Below are positions 20,563-30,407 of a stretch of DNA of 64,000 nucleotides, in pieces. The notes beneath the pieces are model-generated. The model did not search any database, was not told the origin of the DNA, and worked only from the letters and a program-made list of their open reading frames with translations. How positions within the stretch are numbered: position 1 is the first letter of the stretch; each line of letters starts with the position of its first letter. Location of the stretch: positions 17,244-81,243 of the forward strand of contig JBIKWR010000001.1 of NCBI GenBank assembly GCA_044356225.1, read 5' to 3'. This DNA is from Bacteriovoracaceae bacterium. Its GTDB lineage: Bacteria > Bdellovibrionota > Bacteriovoracia > Bacteriovoracales > Bacteriovoracaceae. Made by a program: the position numbers and the translations under genes.

Positions 20563-23500
20563 CTACTGAACCTTAAATTGGCGAGAAAATTCCTCTAAAA
20601 AGAGGGCATCATTTTCTAGATTTGAAAGTCGATAATAAGCCGCCAGATCTAAGATTCTGGTACTCTCAGTGGCAGTTAACTCAGAAAGTTGATTAATCAT
20701 GGATTGTGATTCAACTAAGCGATTCATCTTTAACTGGGCGATGGTTGAAAGTCTTAAGGCCTCAGCTAACAGGTAACTCGATTGAAAATTTTGGGCCAAT
20801 GAATTTATCGCCTTTTCATATTCACCCAACTCCAAGTAGTACTGACCTAACAATAGATCAAAATAAGGTCCACAATCATTTTTTAGTTTGGCAGCACGAG
20901 AGAGAAGATCATTTTCATTAATTTTATCGGCCGATTTGGGATCAATATTGAGATTAATCAGGGTTTCATAACAAAAAGTGGTGTCATCTTTTAACGAAGC
21001 AGTCGTTTCCGCCAAAAGTTTTTGCGCCTCGATCCAATTTTTACTAATTAAATGTATTTGCAACATCGAATTGAGCGAGTAGGTGTCTGGATTTTTCTTC
21101 ATCGCCAGATTGAAGTAATAAAGTGCGCTGTGGTAGCGCTCTAGATTTTTAGTGGTTTCACCTAAATACTGGTAATCTTCTTCCGCTTGTTTTTGACGTT
21201 CAAAGTGGGCAAATTTTTGATAAAGCTTTTCGGTTTTTTGATAACTCAAATAGTGATTGATAATATTTTTATTAAAAGAATCTAAGGCCACCTTGTCTTC
21301 TTTTAAAGGACCTAGCAGAGTGCCAAAATTTCCTTTAAAACTTACATGAAAAAAGTTATCGACCCCTTGTTGAGCTTCATTATTATAATAAAGTTTTGAT
21401 TGCCTTACTTCAGCGTAGGCATTGTCGTCAGTGTTGATCACCGCGGATTCAATCAATGGCCAAACGTCTTCTCTGGTGAAGGCAAAATTTGAAAAAAAAC
21501 CTTCTTTCGATTCAATCGGTACCATTTGTAAAACATTTTTCCAGCGCTGGCCGCGTTTGAGTTTTTCAAACTGCTCATGGTTAAATTGCAGAGGTGAAGA
21601 TGACCCAAGCATGATCAGTTCGTCGTCGACGGAATCGGTGAAAACTGCACCATGAGGAAAGACTTCATAAAAAGATTTTAAAATACTTTTTAAGACAGTT
21701 TCATCCATATTGTAGAGATTGAGCCATTGAGCAAAAATTCCCTTTTGGTTAAGATTATTTTTAACAATTTTAAAAAAATCGATGGTAAAAAGATTCGCGA
21801 CCCCAGTCAGCCAACTATGACTTGGTTGAGAGACGACAAAATCATACTGTTGATCTTGCATAGAGTTTAATGAATAACGAGCATCTTCAATTTCAAGCTT
21901 GAGATTTTTACGTCTTAAAACGGGATTGGCCCCTTGATAGACATAATCAGCTGCTTCTAAAATTCCTTTTTCAAGTTCAACCACATGAACCATGGGAATT
22001 TGTAGATTAGTTAAAAGATCGACGGTGTAGCCTCCTCCATATCCTACGATATAGGCCTTTTGCGGTCGATCGCTAAAAAGATAAGGTAGTAAACCTAACA
22101 ACGCTTCATATTTGGGTAACACTTCCAGGGCATTTTGAAAGTAAACAGATTCATTGAGCCCATTGGTTTTAAGTCTTAAAATTTCTTGATAATTTTGCCC
22201 GTCATTTTTGTCATTACTCAAACTGATAATCGCCGTTTCACCCTCGCGGATCATTTTAAAATCTTCGTTTTCTTTTGAGAGCGCTTTTTTAACATCGGCA
22301 AAACTAGCAAAACTGTGACGGTAATTAAAATAAGCTGCTTTAATCACTTGATGAAAACGCACACTAGGGGCAAAGAGCATAATCAAAACTAAAACGACGG
22401 TCACTGCCGAATAATTTTTATTTAACTTGAGAGATTGCCAAAATGAGCTGGGCCCATCTTCTCTTAATCCCCAAACAATCATGACCACTAAACTAACTAT
22501 CAAAAAAAGCACCGCCATTAATATGGCGGCGGCAGAACCCCAAAGCGGTAGAATGATAATGCCCGTGATATAGGAGCCTAAAATTGACCCACAAGTATTA
22601 ATCGAATACGCTAGACCGACTTGCCACGAGGCCTTTTTTCCATCGACAGTTAAGGTGCTAATTGCCAGCGGAAGCAAGGATCCAAAAATGATGGTTGGCA
22701 ATGTTAATATCATGGTTGCCGCAATCGCCTTAACTGTTAATTGTCCAAGCTCGAAATTAAACATTTTAGAAACAAAAAAGGCGATGTAGGCCAGTTCATC
22801 TAACAAATAACTAGTCGCCATGACACTTAAAACATTTACCACTATTAACTGGGTCAAAAAGCGATACTTATTTTTCAAGCGATCAATAAAGACAGCAAGT
22901 ATAAAAGAACCAATCGCCATTCCAAAAAGATAAATCGCCAAAATTAATCCTAAACCATAAATATTAGTGCCAAAAAAGACTCCCAAATATTTATTCCACA
23001 CCACTTGGGCGGTGAGAGAGGCCATCCCACTGGCACCACAGGCGATTAAAATCGCTTTTGACTGGGTTGGCATTTTAACTTTGATAGAAATCGTTTTTTC
23101 TTCTGGGGATAAGGTCTTTTGAAGATCTTCATTCTCATTTTCATTCTCAGTGGTTTCTTTCGCTAAAATTAACTGGTGAATAATAACTGCCGCCACCATG
23201 ATGGCAAAATTAACTATCGCCATGGCAGTGTTGGCCTTAGAAATCCCCCATAAAGGAATAAGATGAAATCCCGATATAAATGCACCAATCGCCGCACCAA
23301 AAGTGTTGATCCCATAAAGAAGTGAAATAATTTTTCCGGTATTTTTTTTGTTACTTTGTAACTCTCGTCGAGAAAACAACTGAACGAGAATCGGAAGTGA
23401 TGCTCCCATACCCAAGGTAGGAGGTAACAAAAATAAAAAGACTAATCCAAACTTGATCATCAAGAAAAATGCTGAATCAGGAGTTACACTTAATAAATCG

Positions 23501-23808
23501 CAAACAGTTGAAAGAATCGTTTGAAAATTCAATAGTCCTTTGATCAGAAAAAAACTATACAGGCCAATCAGACCTTCTATCACCCCATAAAAAACTAAAG
23601 GTCTGTTAATCTTCTCAATATATTTACCGGCAAAAAAGCTACCTAAACTAAGCCCAAAAAAGAAAATAGAGAGAACCAAACTCATCGATGCAGAGGTGGA
23701 TCCAACTCCCAAGGCAATGACTCGAATCCAAAGAACTTCATAAACTAGACTGGTCAGTCCAGATAAAATAAAGAGCAAAGCAATCGGCAAAAGTTTAGAT
23801 ATTTTCAT
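20563..23808 (-). CDS. fused polytopic membrane domain / spermidine-synthase-like domain / TPR protein
   Basis: The first ~480 aa are many hydrophobic helices (MFS-like). The middle has a Rossmann-type GYGGGYTVDLL...VELEKGI...DFVVSQPSHSW segment resembling spermidine synthase-like proteins. The C-terminal ~250 aa are TPR-like helical repeats. Confidence 0.65.
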   Translation of the reverse strand: MKISKLLPIALLFILSGLTSLVYEVLWIRVIALGVGSTSASMSLVLSIFFFGLSLGSFFAGKYIEKINRPLVFYGVIEGLIGLYSFFLIKGLLNFQTILSTVCDLLSVTPDSAFFLMIKFGLVFLFLLPPTLGMGASLPILVQLFSRRELQSNKKNTGKIISLLYGINTFGAAIGAFISGFHLIPLWGISKANTAMAIVNFAIMVAAVIIHQLILAKETTENENENEDLQKTLSPEEKTISIKVKMPTQSKAILIACGASGMASLTAQVVWNKYLGVFFGTNIYGLGLILAIYLFGMAIGSFILAVFIDRLKNKYRFLTQLIVVNVLSVMATSYLLDELAYIAFFVSKMFNFELGQLTVKAIAATMILTLPTIIFGSLLPLAISTLTVDGKKASWQVGLAYSINTCGSILGSYITGIIILPLWGSAAAILMAVLFLIVSLVVMIVWGLREDGPSSFWQSLKLNKNYSAVTVVLVLIMLFAPSVRFHQVIKAAYFNYRHSFASFADVKKALSKENEDFKMIREGETAIISLSNDKNDGQNYQEILRLKTNGLNESVYFQNALEVLPKYEALLGLLPYLFSDRPQKAYIVGYGGGYTVDLLTNLQIPMVHVVELEKGILEAADYVYQGANPVLRRKNLKLEIEDARYSLNSMQDQQYDFVVSQPSHSWLTGVANLFTIDFFKIVKNNLNQKGIFAQWLNLYNMDETVLKSILKSFYEVFPHGAVFTDSVDDELIMLGSSSPLQFNHEQFEKLKRGQRWKNVLQMVPIESKEGFFSNFAFTREDVWPLIESAVINTDDNAYAEVRQSKLYYNNEAQQGVDNFFHVSFKGNFGTLLGPLKEDKVALDSFNKNIINHYLSYQKTEKLYQKFAHFERQKQAEEDYQYLGETTKNLERYHSALYYFNLAMKKNPDTYSLNSMLQIHLISKNWIEAQKLLAETTASLKDDTTFCYETLINLNIDPKSADKINENDLLSRAAKLKNDCGPYFDLLLGQYYLELGEYEKAINSLAQNFQSSYLLAEALRLSTIAQLKMNRLVESQSMINQLSELTATESTRILDLAAYYRLSNLENDALFLEEFSRQFKVQ

Positions 23809-23903
23809 ATAAGCTTCTGTACCTCAATTTAAGGTCAAACAATTTTTAAAATGATGAGAGATGAAAATGAATTCACCCAACTTAAGGTTTTGCTTAAGGT
23901 TAT

Positions 23904-23933
23904 GAAAGTAAAGCCCTTTCGGGCCTTACTTTC
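23904..23933 (-). terminator. strong hairpin downstream of the repeat-protein gene
   Basis: GAAAGTAAAGCCC-TTTC-GGGCCTTACTTTC forms a 13-bp stem with one mismatch, 33 nt past the stop at 23966. There is no clear U-tract, so terminator function is uncertain. Confidence 0.4.
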
Positions 23934-23965
23934 AAGAGATGGTGTAATTTCTTACTGATAAAATT

Positions 23966-26146
23966 TTACAATTGTGCAGGATTATCAAAGGCCATTCCCA
24001 TAGGCATAGGAACCGGTCTTGGAGGCATTGGTCCCGGACCCGGTGCTGGAGCTGGCATTGGTCTTGGCGGCAACGGCATTGGTGCTGGGGCCGGAGCTGG
24101 ATCTGGCATCGGTCTTGGTGGCAACGGCATTGGTGCTGGAGCTGGACCCGGTGCTGGTGATGGCATCGGTCTTGGCGGCAACGGCATTGGTGCTGGAGCT
24201 GGACCAGGTGCTGGTGCTGGATCTGGCATCGGTCTTGGCGGCAACGGCATTGGTGCTGGAGCTGGACCAGGTGCTGGTGCTGGATCTGGCATCGGTCTTG
24301 GTGGCAACGGCATTGGTGCTGGAGCTGGACCAGGTGCTGGTGCTGGATCTGGCATCGGTCTTGGTGGCAACGGCATTGGCCCTGGTCCTGGCATCGGCCC
24401 TGGTCCTGGCATCGGCCCTGGTCCTGGTATCGGCCCTGGTCCTGGCATCGGCCCTGGTCCTGGCATCGGCCCTGGTCCTGGCATCGGCCCTGGTCCTGGC
24501 ATTGGCCCTGGTCCTGGCATCGGCCCTGGTCCTGGCATCGGTCCTGGTCCTGGCATCGGTCCTGGTCCTGGCATCGGTCCGGGTCCTGGCATCGGTCCGG
24601 GAAATGGCATCGGCATTGGAGCTGGCCCTGGTCCTGGATTTGGCAATGGCATTGGAGTTGGTCTCATCGGCATAGGAAACGGCATTGGATATGTAGGCGG
24701 CACCGGAATTGGGCGCATTGGCCATGGCATCGGCTTCCAAGGAACTGGAACTGGTTTGTAGTGAGGAACACAACCGCCATAGTTAGGAGAGTAGTGTGAT
24801 CCAGGTCCGCATAATTTATTTTTATGATATTGGCCATGGTACCAGTTATTGTTGTTCCAAACACACTGGCCTAAAACCCAAGACCAACTTTGGCCAACTC
24901 CACAATAACCATTTTGATGATTGGCAATACATCCACCATGGTAAGCACTGTAATGAGTGCCTGGCGAACAGTAATTATACCATTGAGTGGGCCGACAAGT
25001 GAGATCTAAACCACCCCACCAACTCCAACCAACTTTACAACCAGAGTAGCTTGGTAAACAGCTTCCAGAATAATGATCATAGTATGTACCTGAGTAACAT
25101 TTTTTAGCACCCCACCATACACATTTGTCTATGACCCATGAATACTTCGTTCCCACCGGGCAAAAATTGGCATTTGGTCGGCAACGGTTACTCCAAGGAT
25201 CAAAGGTCCAGTTAAAAGGACATCGCTGATAAGTGTTTTTAATACATTCATAAGTGAAATGATCGTAACTATATCCAACTGGACAATAATTATAAGGATG
25301 AGATGGATAATTAACACAGCGATTTAACTGGTTATCGTAAAACTGACCAGCAGGACAAAATTTTCCTGAGTTTGGTTTACAAAATCCATGGAGATCATCG
25401 TAATAATATCCAGGAGCACAAGCATAGTCGTTATTGTTTTCTTCTAATACAGTAACTTCAAATTGTTTAAAAGTTTGATTTCCCCATTCATCTGTCGCAC
25501 TCACGACAAACTGATTTGAACCAGTTTCGATAGGGTAACCAGAAATAGAGAATGAATTTTCATAAACATCAGTGCGAACTTCAAGCCCTAAGGGAGCATT
25601 TCCCGAAACTAACTCACCATTAAAAAAAGTGCTATTAGACGGTAATCCTACCTCGATGGTTTCATCATAATACTGTTGTAATCTTGCTACTTTTAACTCG
25701 CGAAAATCGTTGAATTGATAATGATCTATTTGCTCGCTATTTTCAGAATATAAACAGAATCGTTCGGCGGTTGATCGCTCGCCACTATTATCATAAACAG
25801 TTGCTCTTAAAACAAAACACCAAGAACCAACAAAGGCCGGAGTTCCAAACAAAGTCGCATAAGCGCTTGAACCGTTTGCTAGATCGAGACCCGCTGGTAG
25901 ATCATCTTGATGAATATCCCAATCCACTCTTGCCGAAGAAAGAGCTCCTCGAAGTGAAAATTCCAATTCAGAATATTCACCATACTTAACAACTAGGTCA
26001 TCTGCTTGACTAACAATTTGCAGTTGACGGTCTAAAGTGTCGTTGTCGTAATCTGAATCTCCCCATTGGGCGAAGGCCGGAGCAATAATCAGACTACAAC
26101 ACAGAAATGTTAGCATCCACCAGTAATTCCAAATGCGTTTTTTCAT
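23966..26146 (-). CDS. secreted modular protein: two Ig-like (He_PIG-type) domains, Cys-hairpin repeats, proline-rich repeat tail
   Basis: Signal peptide, then LPAGLDL..GTPAFVGSW and APLGLEV..ISGYPIETGSNQF segments. About ten C-P-x-G-x-x-Y-x(5-7)-C units follow, then (MPGPGP)n and (PAPAPMPLPPRPMPDPAPAPG)n. GAGG lies 4 nt upstream of the ATG. Confidence 0.8.
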   Translation of the reverse strand: MKKRIWNYWWMLTFLCCSLIIAPAFAQWGDSDYDNDTLDRQLQIVSQADDLVVKYGEYSELEFSLRGALSSARVDWDIHQDDLPAGLDLANGSSAYATLFGTPAFVGSWCFVLRATVYDNSGERSTAERFCLYSENSEQIDHYQFNDFRELKVARLQQYYDETIEVGLPSNSTFFNGELVSGNAPLGLEVRTDVYENSFSISGYPIETGSNQFVVSATDEWGNQTFKQFEVTVLEENNNDYACAPGYYYDDLHGFCKPNSGKFCPAGQFYDNQLNRCVNYPSHPYNYCPVGYSYDHFTYECIKNTYQRCPFNWTFDPWSNRCRPNANFCPVGTKYSWVIDKCVWWGAKKCYSGTYYDHYSGSCLPSYSGCKVGWSWWGGLDLTCRPTQWYNYCSPGTHYSAYHGGCIANHQNGYCGVGQSWSWVLGQCVWNNNNWYHGQYHKNKLCGPGSHYSPNYGGCVPHYKPVPVPWKPMPWPMRPIPVPPTYPMPFPMPMRPTPMPLPNPGPGPAPMPMPFPGPMPGPGPMPGPGPMPGPGPMPGPGPMPGPGPMPGPGPMPGPGPMPGPGPMPGPGPIPGPGPMPGPGPMPGPGPMPLPPRPMPDPAPAPGPAPAPMPLPPRPMPDPAPAPGPAPAPMPLPPRPMPDPAPAPGPAPAPMPLPPRPMPSPAPGPAPAPMPLPPRPMPDPAPAPAPMPLPPRPMPAPAPGPGPMPPRPVPMPMGMAFDNPAQL
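24040..24377 (-). repeat. imperfect tandem repeat, 51-63 bp unit, about 6 copies (coding)
   Basis: The GGCAACGGCATTGG anchor recurs at 24069, 24120, 24177, 24240, 24303 and 24366. It encodes the 17-21-aa PAPAPMPLPPRPMPDPAPAPG unit. Confidence 0.9.
24378..24611 (-). repeat. 18-bp tandem repeat GGCCCTGGTCCTGGCATC, about 12-13 copies (coding)
   Basis: Head-to-tail units start at 24378 with only synonymous-type variation (GGTCCT/GGCCCT, ATC/ATT). They encode (MPGPGP)n. Confidence 0.9.
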
Positions 26147-26487
26147 ATTCCCTCTCTGTGGTTGTGAGTATTCAAGTTCTTCATAAACTTTTCGGTTACT
26201 TAATTTTGATTATTAGATGGTTAAAAAGGATGCAGCAATGAGCATTAATGTTAAGGAGCATAAAAAACGATCAATGTAAGAAAATGCTTAATTTCTTACG
26301 TATGGTGACGAAAAAAAATGTAAGTCGCTCCTACCTAAAGTGTCAGTTTGACCTAATGAGTTTAAAACAAAAGCTTTAAAATAATGAAATGTGCTAACAT
26401 TTTTCGCATGAATTAAAGGATAAGACGAATATTGACTTGATGCGCCGTGAAAATTCTTTTCGCGTTTGTAAAAAAAATTTTTAACAA

Positions 26488-28089
26488 CTAAAAACAAGGT
26501 CCAGCAGATAAAACTTCTGGACTGCTGTCGGCTTTAAATTTTTCAAAATTTGCCTTAAATAGTTTTGCCAAATGTTTTGCTTTTTCTTCATAACTTTCAC
26601 CATTGGCCCAAGCGTACTTTGGCCAAAGTAGTTTTTCTGAAAGATCGCCGCAGGTTTTTGGTACCCGCAAACCAAAAATCGCATCGGTTCTAAACTCAGC
26701 TTTAAGTATAAGTCCGCTGTGGATCGAATCGATAATAGTGCGAGTATGTTTTAAGGAAATTCTTTTTCCCACTCCTGGTCCACCACCAGTCCAACCAGTG
26801 TTGACCAACCAAACATTTACTTTTTCTTTTTTAATTTTTTGCGCCAAAAGTGACGCGTATTTGGCGGGAGACCAAACCATAAACGCCGCTCCAAAACAAG
26901 CCGAGAAGGTGGTTTGTGGTTCTTTAACGCCCATTTCGGTGCCGGCCACTTTCGCGGTATAGCCACTGATAAAATGATACATCGCCTGTTCAGGGGAGAG
27001 TTGACTAATAGGCGGTAAAACACCAAAAGCATCACACGTTAAAAAGATAATATTGGTAGGCTTCGGGCCGATCGCGGGCAAGCGAATACTTTCCATATAT
27101 TCTAACGGATAACTACAACGGGTATTTTCAGTGATAGAGGAATCATTGTAGTCGACGGCACCATTTTGAGGATTGACCACAACATTTTCCAGCACGGATC
27201 CATATCTAATCGCTCGATAAATTTCCGGTTCTTTATCTTCAGAGAGATTAATGCACTTGGCATAACAACCACCTTCAATATTAAAAATGCTTTGATCTGC
27301 CCAACAATGTTCATCATCGCCAATCAGTAATCGCTGGGGGTCTGCTGAAAGAGTGGTTTTTCCTGTACCAGAAAGACCAAAAAAAAGAGTTAGGTCGTGA
27401 TTGGTTTTGCCGACATTCGCAGAACAATGCATCGATAACAGTCCACGATCGGGCATCAGAAAATTCATGATGGTAAAGACACCTTTTTTCATTTCTCCGG
27501 CATACTGAGTTCCTAGAATAACCATTTCATGAGTTTGAAAATTCACACTCACACTCGTGGGCGAAGAAACTTGTGGAATAGACTGATCAGCAAACGTTTC
27601 GCCGGCATTAAAAATGACAAAATCAACTTTAGTAAAATCCTTTAACTCATTTTCTGATGGTTTGATCAGCATGTTCTTCATAAATAAGGCGTGATAAGCA
27701 CGAGTGGTAATGACTCGCACTTTAAGTCGGTAAAGAGGATCCCAACCAGCAAAACCATCGATGACAAATAAAGTTTCTCTAGTATTTAAGTACTCAATCG
27801 CATCTTTTCTTAACAACGAATAGCTTTCTGGAGAAAGAGGCTTATTCACTTCTCCCCAGGAAATTTTCTCATTGATTCCTTGCGGATTTTTCGGGTCTTT
27901 GACAATTCTTTTATCGTTTGGGCTTCGGCCGGTTTTTTCACCAGATCTCACCGCCAAAGCCTTTTTGTCCGTAACCATGGTTCCAGCTTCGAATTTCAAA
28001 GCATGTTCATAGAGTTCTGAAATGCCAGAATTTCTTTGTACATTTTTTACTAAGATTCCGTATTCTTTAAGCAATAAAGAGATATCCAT
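26488..28089 (-). CDS. pckA: phosphoenolpyruvate carboxykinase (ATP)
   Basis: 533 aa with kinase-1a motif FFGLSGTGKTTLSADP and typical LIGDDEHCW and NTGWTGG stretches. Confidence 0.95.
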   Translation of the reverse strand: MDISLLLKEYGILVKNVQRNSGISELYEHALKFEAGTMVTDKKALAVRSGEKTGRSPNDKRIVKDPKNPQGINEKISWGEVNKPLSPESYSLLRKDAIEYLNTRETLFVIDGFAGWDPLYRLKVRVITTRAYHALFMKNMLIKPSENELKDFTKVDFVIFNAGETFADQSIPQVSSPTSVSVNFQTHEMVILGTQYAGEMKKGVFTIMNFLMPDRGLLSMHCSANVGKTNHDLTLFFGLSGTGKTTLSADPQRLLIGDDEHCWADQSIFNIEGGCYAKCINLSEDKEPEIYRAIRYGSVLENVVVNPQNGAVDYNDSSITENTRCSYPLEYMESIRLPAIGPKPTNIIFLTCDAFGVLPPISQLSPEQAMYHFISGYTAKVAGTEMGVKEPQTTFSACFGAAFMVWSPAKYASLLAQKIKKEKVNVWLVNTGWTGGGPGVGKRISLKHTRTIIDSIHSGLILKAEFRTDAIFGLRVPKTCGDLSEKLLWPKYAWANGESYEEKAKHLAKLFKANFEKFKADSSPEVLSAGPCF

Positions 28090-28162
28090 AACCCAAAGAC
28101 CTCAGATTTTTTTGGGGATCCTAACCCAAATGATGCACGAACACTATCCGAAGATAGAGAAT

Positions 28163-29941
28163 TTACATTTCATCGGGAACCGAGATTCCAAGTAGTGATA
28201 ATCCTTTGGTCATGGTGATCAAGACCGCCTTGGATAAACGTAAACGAGTGTATTTTGAAGAACCTTCTGCCGCTTGGCCGATGGGGCATTCGGCATAGAA
28301 TTTGTTAAAAAGTTTTCCCAGCGAGAAGAGATATTGGCAAAGATAACTAGGTTTAAACTCTCTTTGCACCCGATTGATGACTTTATTGAAATCTAAGAGA
28401 TGACAAAAAATTTCTTTCTCCACTTCTTTTGCATAACTGTTTTGGTCGAGCGCCGTTCTTTTTGACAGTTCGGCATCATACTTTTTTAATAATCGATTGA
28501 TCCGAGCGCAGACATATTGGAGATAGGGTCCAGAATCCCCATCAAGTTTTAGCCATTCGTTCATATCAAAAACAATTTTTTTGGCCGGATCAGGTTTCAG
28601 CATGCCATAACAGATCGCGGCTTTAGCAATTTGGGCGGCGGTAGATTTTTTAAGGAGAAGTGGCCAATCAGCATGATTTTTTTCTAAATAGTCATCCAAT
28701 ATTTTTTGTTCCATTTGCAGGATTAACTGGTCTGCTAAAATAAAATTTCCCAAGCGAGAGCTCATCGCACCCGTCGGAAGTTCCACCATCTCATAGGCGA
28801 GGTGAAAGCACTGATGAGCATGTGGAAAACCAGCTTTTTCTAAAATTTTAAAAATTTGTTTAAAATGCTGTGATTGTCGATTGTCGACGATGTAAATGTT
28901 TTTTTGGATTTTGTGATCAATAAACTTTTGCCGAGCGAGCTCCAGGTCTTTAGTCGCATAAAGTCCGTTGCCATCACTTTTGACGACTAAACAAAAACCC
29001 AAACCTTCGGCCGAAAGATCTGCCCCAATTGCCCCTTGGTCTTTGATTAAAACACCTTGACGGAGGAGCTCTTGAGCATAAACCAAAGAAGGAGAGTCCA
29101 CATCAGATTCAAAATACCATTGGTCAAAATTGATTCCGAGCCATTGATAAGTATTTTTCATGAGAGTCAGCGACCACTCTCTCGTTTCTTTCCATAGCTG
29201 GTAATAGTCGCCAGATTTTTTTTCTAACTGAGCTAAAACCAGCGTTAATTCTTGTTGAGCTATTGGAAGTTTAGGATCTTTATTCTTTTCCCATTCTGTT
29301 AATAGATTATTTGATTTTGAATACATTTTTCCAATCCAACTTCCTCGCATTTCAGGAGATAAGGGAACCGGCTCTTGATTGATGTTTTTGTAATACCAAA
29401 GAACTTTCGCTACATGAGTTCCTGCATCCCCAGGGAAAGTAGCGGCAATAACCTCAAAATTTAAATAACGAAAAATGGCGACTAAGCTAAGACCTAAACA
29501 GGCATTTCTTAAATGTCCCACATGTAATTCTTTGTGCGTGTTGGGTTGAGAGTATTCAATCATCGTTTTTTCGGTATGTTCGATTTTGTCTTCTTGAAAA
29601 AAACTATGTGTTTGAATAATGGATTCGATCAGGCCATCAATAACAGTAGGTTTAATAAAAAAATTAAGATACGGCCCGGCGATTTTAACCGACTGGGCAA
29701 CGTCAGCGTCCTCGATCGCTATTTGTTCGGCCAATAGTTTTGCCAGCTCTGCCGGAGAACGTTTAAAAACTTTAGCGGCTTCAAAACAAGGAAAACTCAG
29801 ATGGCCCATGGTAATATTAGGAGGAGAAATTAACTGATCATAAATTTTATCTTCACTAAAAGGATGTTCAGCGCTGATTTTACTTAATTCATTTTTAATT
29901 TTCTTGGCCAAAGAAAACTTTAAAGGATTTTTTTTATTCAT
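28163..29941 (-). CDS. argS: arginine--tRNA ligase
   Basis: HIGH-type motif HVGHLRN, MSSRLG (KMSK-equivalent) and a C-terminal DALR anticodon-binding-like domain. I prefer ATG at 29941 (MNKKNPLKF...), which lies 1 nt after the upstream GNAT stop. The track's 29995 start would overlap that gene. Confidence 0.9.
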   Translation of the reverse strand: MNKKNPLKFSLAKKIKNELSKISAEHPFSEDKIYDQLISPPNITMGHLSFPCFEAAKVFKRSPAELAKLLAEQIAIEDADVAQSVKIAGPYLNFFIKPTVIDGLIESIIQTHSFFQEDKIEHTEKTMIEYSQPNTHKELHVGHLRNACLGLSLVAIFRYLNFEVIAATFPGDAGTHVAKVLWYYKNINQEPVPLSPEMRGSWIGKMYSKSNNLLTEWEKNKDPKLPIAQQELTLVLAQLEKKSGDYYQLWKETREWSLTLMKNTYQWLGINFDQWYFESDVDSPSLVYAQELLRQGVLIKDQGAIGADLSAEGLGFCLVVKSDGNGLYATKDLELARQKFIDHKIQKNIYIVDNRQSQHFKQIFKILEKAGFPHAHQCFHLAYEMVELPTGAMSSRLGNFILADQLILQMEQKILDDYLEKNHADWPLLLKKSTAAQIAKAAICYGMLKPDPAKKIVFDMNEWLKLDGDSGPYLQYVCARINRLLKKYDAELSKRTALDQNSYAKEVEKEIFCHLLDFNKVINRVQREFKPSYLCQYLFSLGKLFNKFYAECPIGQAAEGSSKYTRLRLSKAVLITMTKGLSLLGISVPDEM

Positions 29942-29942
29942 G

Positions 29943-30407
29943 TTAACCAAGCTCATAAAAAAGAGTTTGATGAGGACCGACACTGGGGATTTCAAAAAAC
30001 TCGGGAGTTAAAATGCCAAAACCGATAGAGAGATAAAAGTCTACCGCTTTTTCTCGAGCGTGACACCATAGATGAGTGGTCTTTTGATCTCTTAAATAGA
30101 CCAATGATTGTTGGATTAATTTTTTGCCCAAACCTTGACCTTGGTATTGTGGATGCGTGGCCATGCCTCTCAACCGATACTGTTTTAAGCTGATGATCAG
30201 AGGATGCTCTTCGGGCATAAAACTGGCGATACCAAGGAGCTGTTCTTGGTGCCACAGGCCCAAATGAAAACTTAACTTTTCTCGGTCGCCAGCAAATTCA
30301 CAAGCACTTAGGGGTAAACCAGGACGTAAAACCAAGGATCTTAAAGGATATGTCTGTTCAACTGAAATTTTGTCTATGCGAAGATTGTTTAGTTGAGTTG
30401 TCATCAT
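29943..30407 (-). CDS. GNAT-family N-acetyltransferase
   Basis: 154 aa with acetyl-CoA-binding motif RGMATHPQYQGQGLGKKLI. It overlaps the upstream gene by 4 nt. Confidence 0.8.
   Translation of the reverse strand: MMTTQLNNLRIDKISVEQTYPLRSLVLRPGLPLSACEFAGDREKLSFHLGLWHQEQLLGIASFMPEEHPLIISLKQYRLRGMATHPQYQGQGLGKKLIQQSLVYLRDQKTTHLWCHAREKAVDFYLSIGFGILTPEFFEIPSVGPHQTLFYELG

Noticed and set aside
24040-24611. Possible CRISPR array, given the regular short repeats. The same question applies to 40549..40638.
   Set aside because: The repeats are head-to-tail with no unique spacers. Their units are multiples of 3 and lie in frame inside long CDSs. No cas genes are present.
23972-24864. Long ORFs on both strands and in other frames across the proline-rich region (23972..24160 +, 23985..24773 -, 24019..24675 +, 24664..24864 -).
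   Set aside because: They are low-complexity read-throughs of the 18-bp and 51-63-bp tandem repeats (poly-Ala/Leu/Val or Arg/Thr/Asp strings). They have no SD or signal features. The 726-aa frame with signal peptide, Ig-like and Cys-repeat domains explains the region.
26288-26684. Track ORFs 26288..26497 - and 26481..26684 - in and near the 340-bp pckA/repeat-protein intergenic region.
   Set aside because: There is no SD, and the products are compositionally odd. The second ORF overlaps the pckA 3' end out of frame. The region is more likely the promoter and 5' UTR of the repeat-protein gene.
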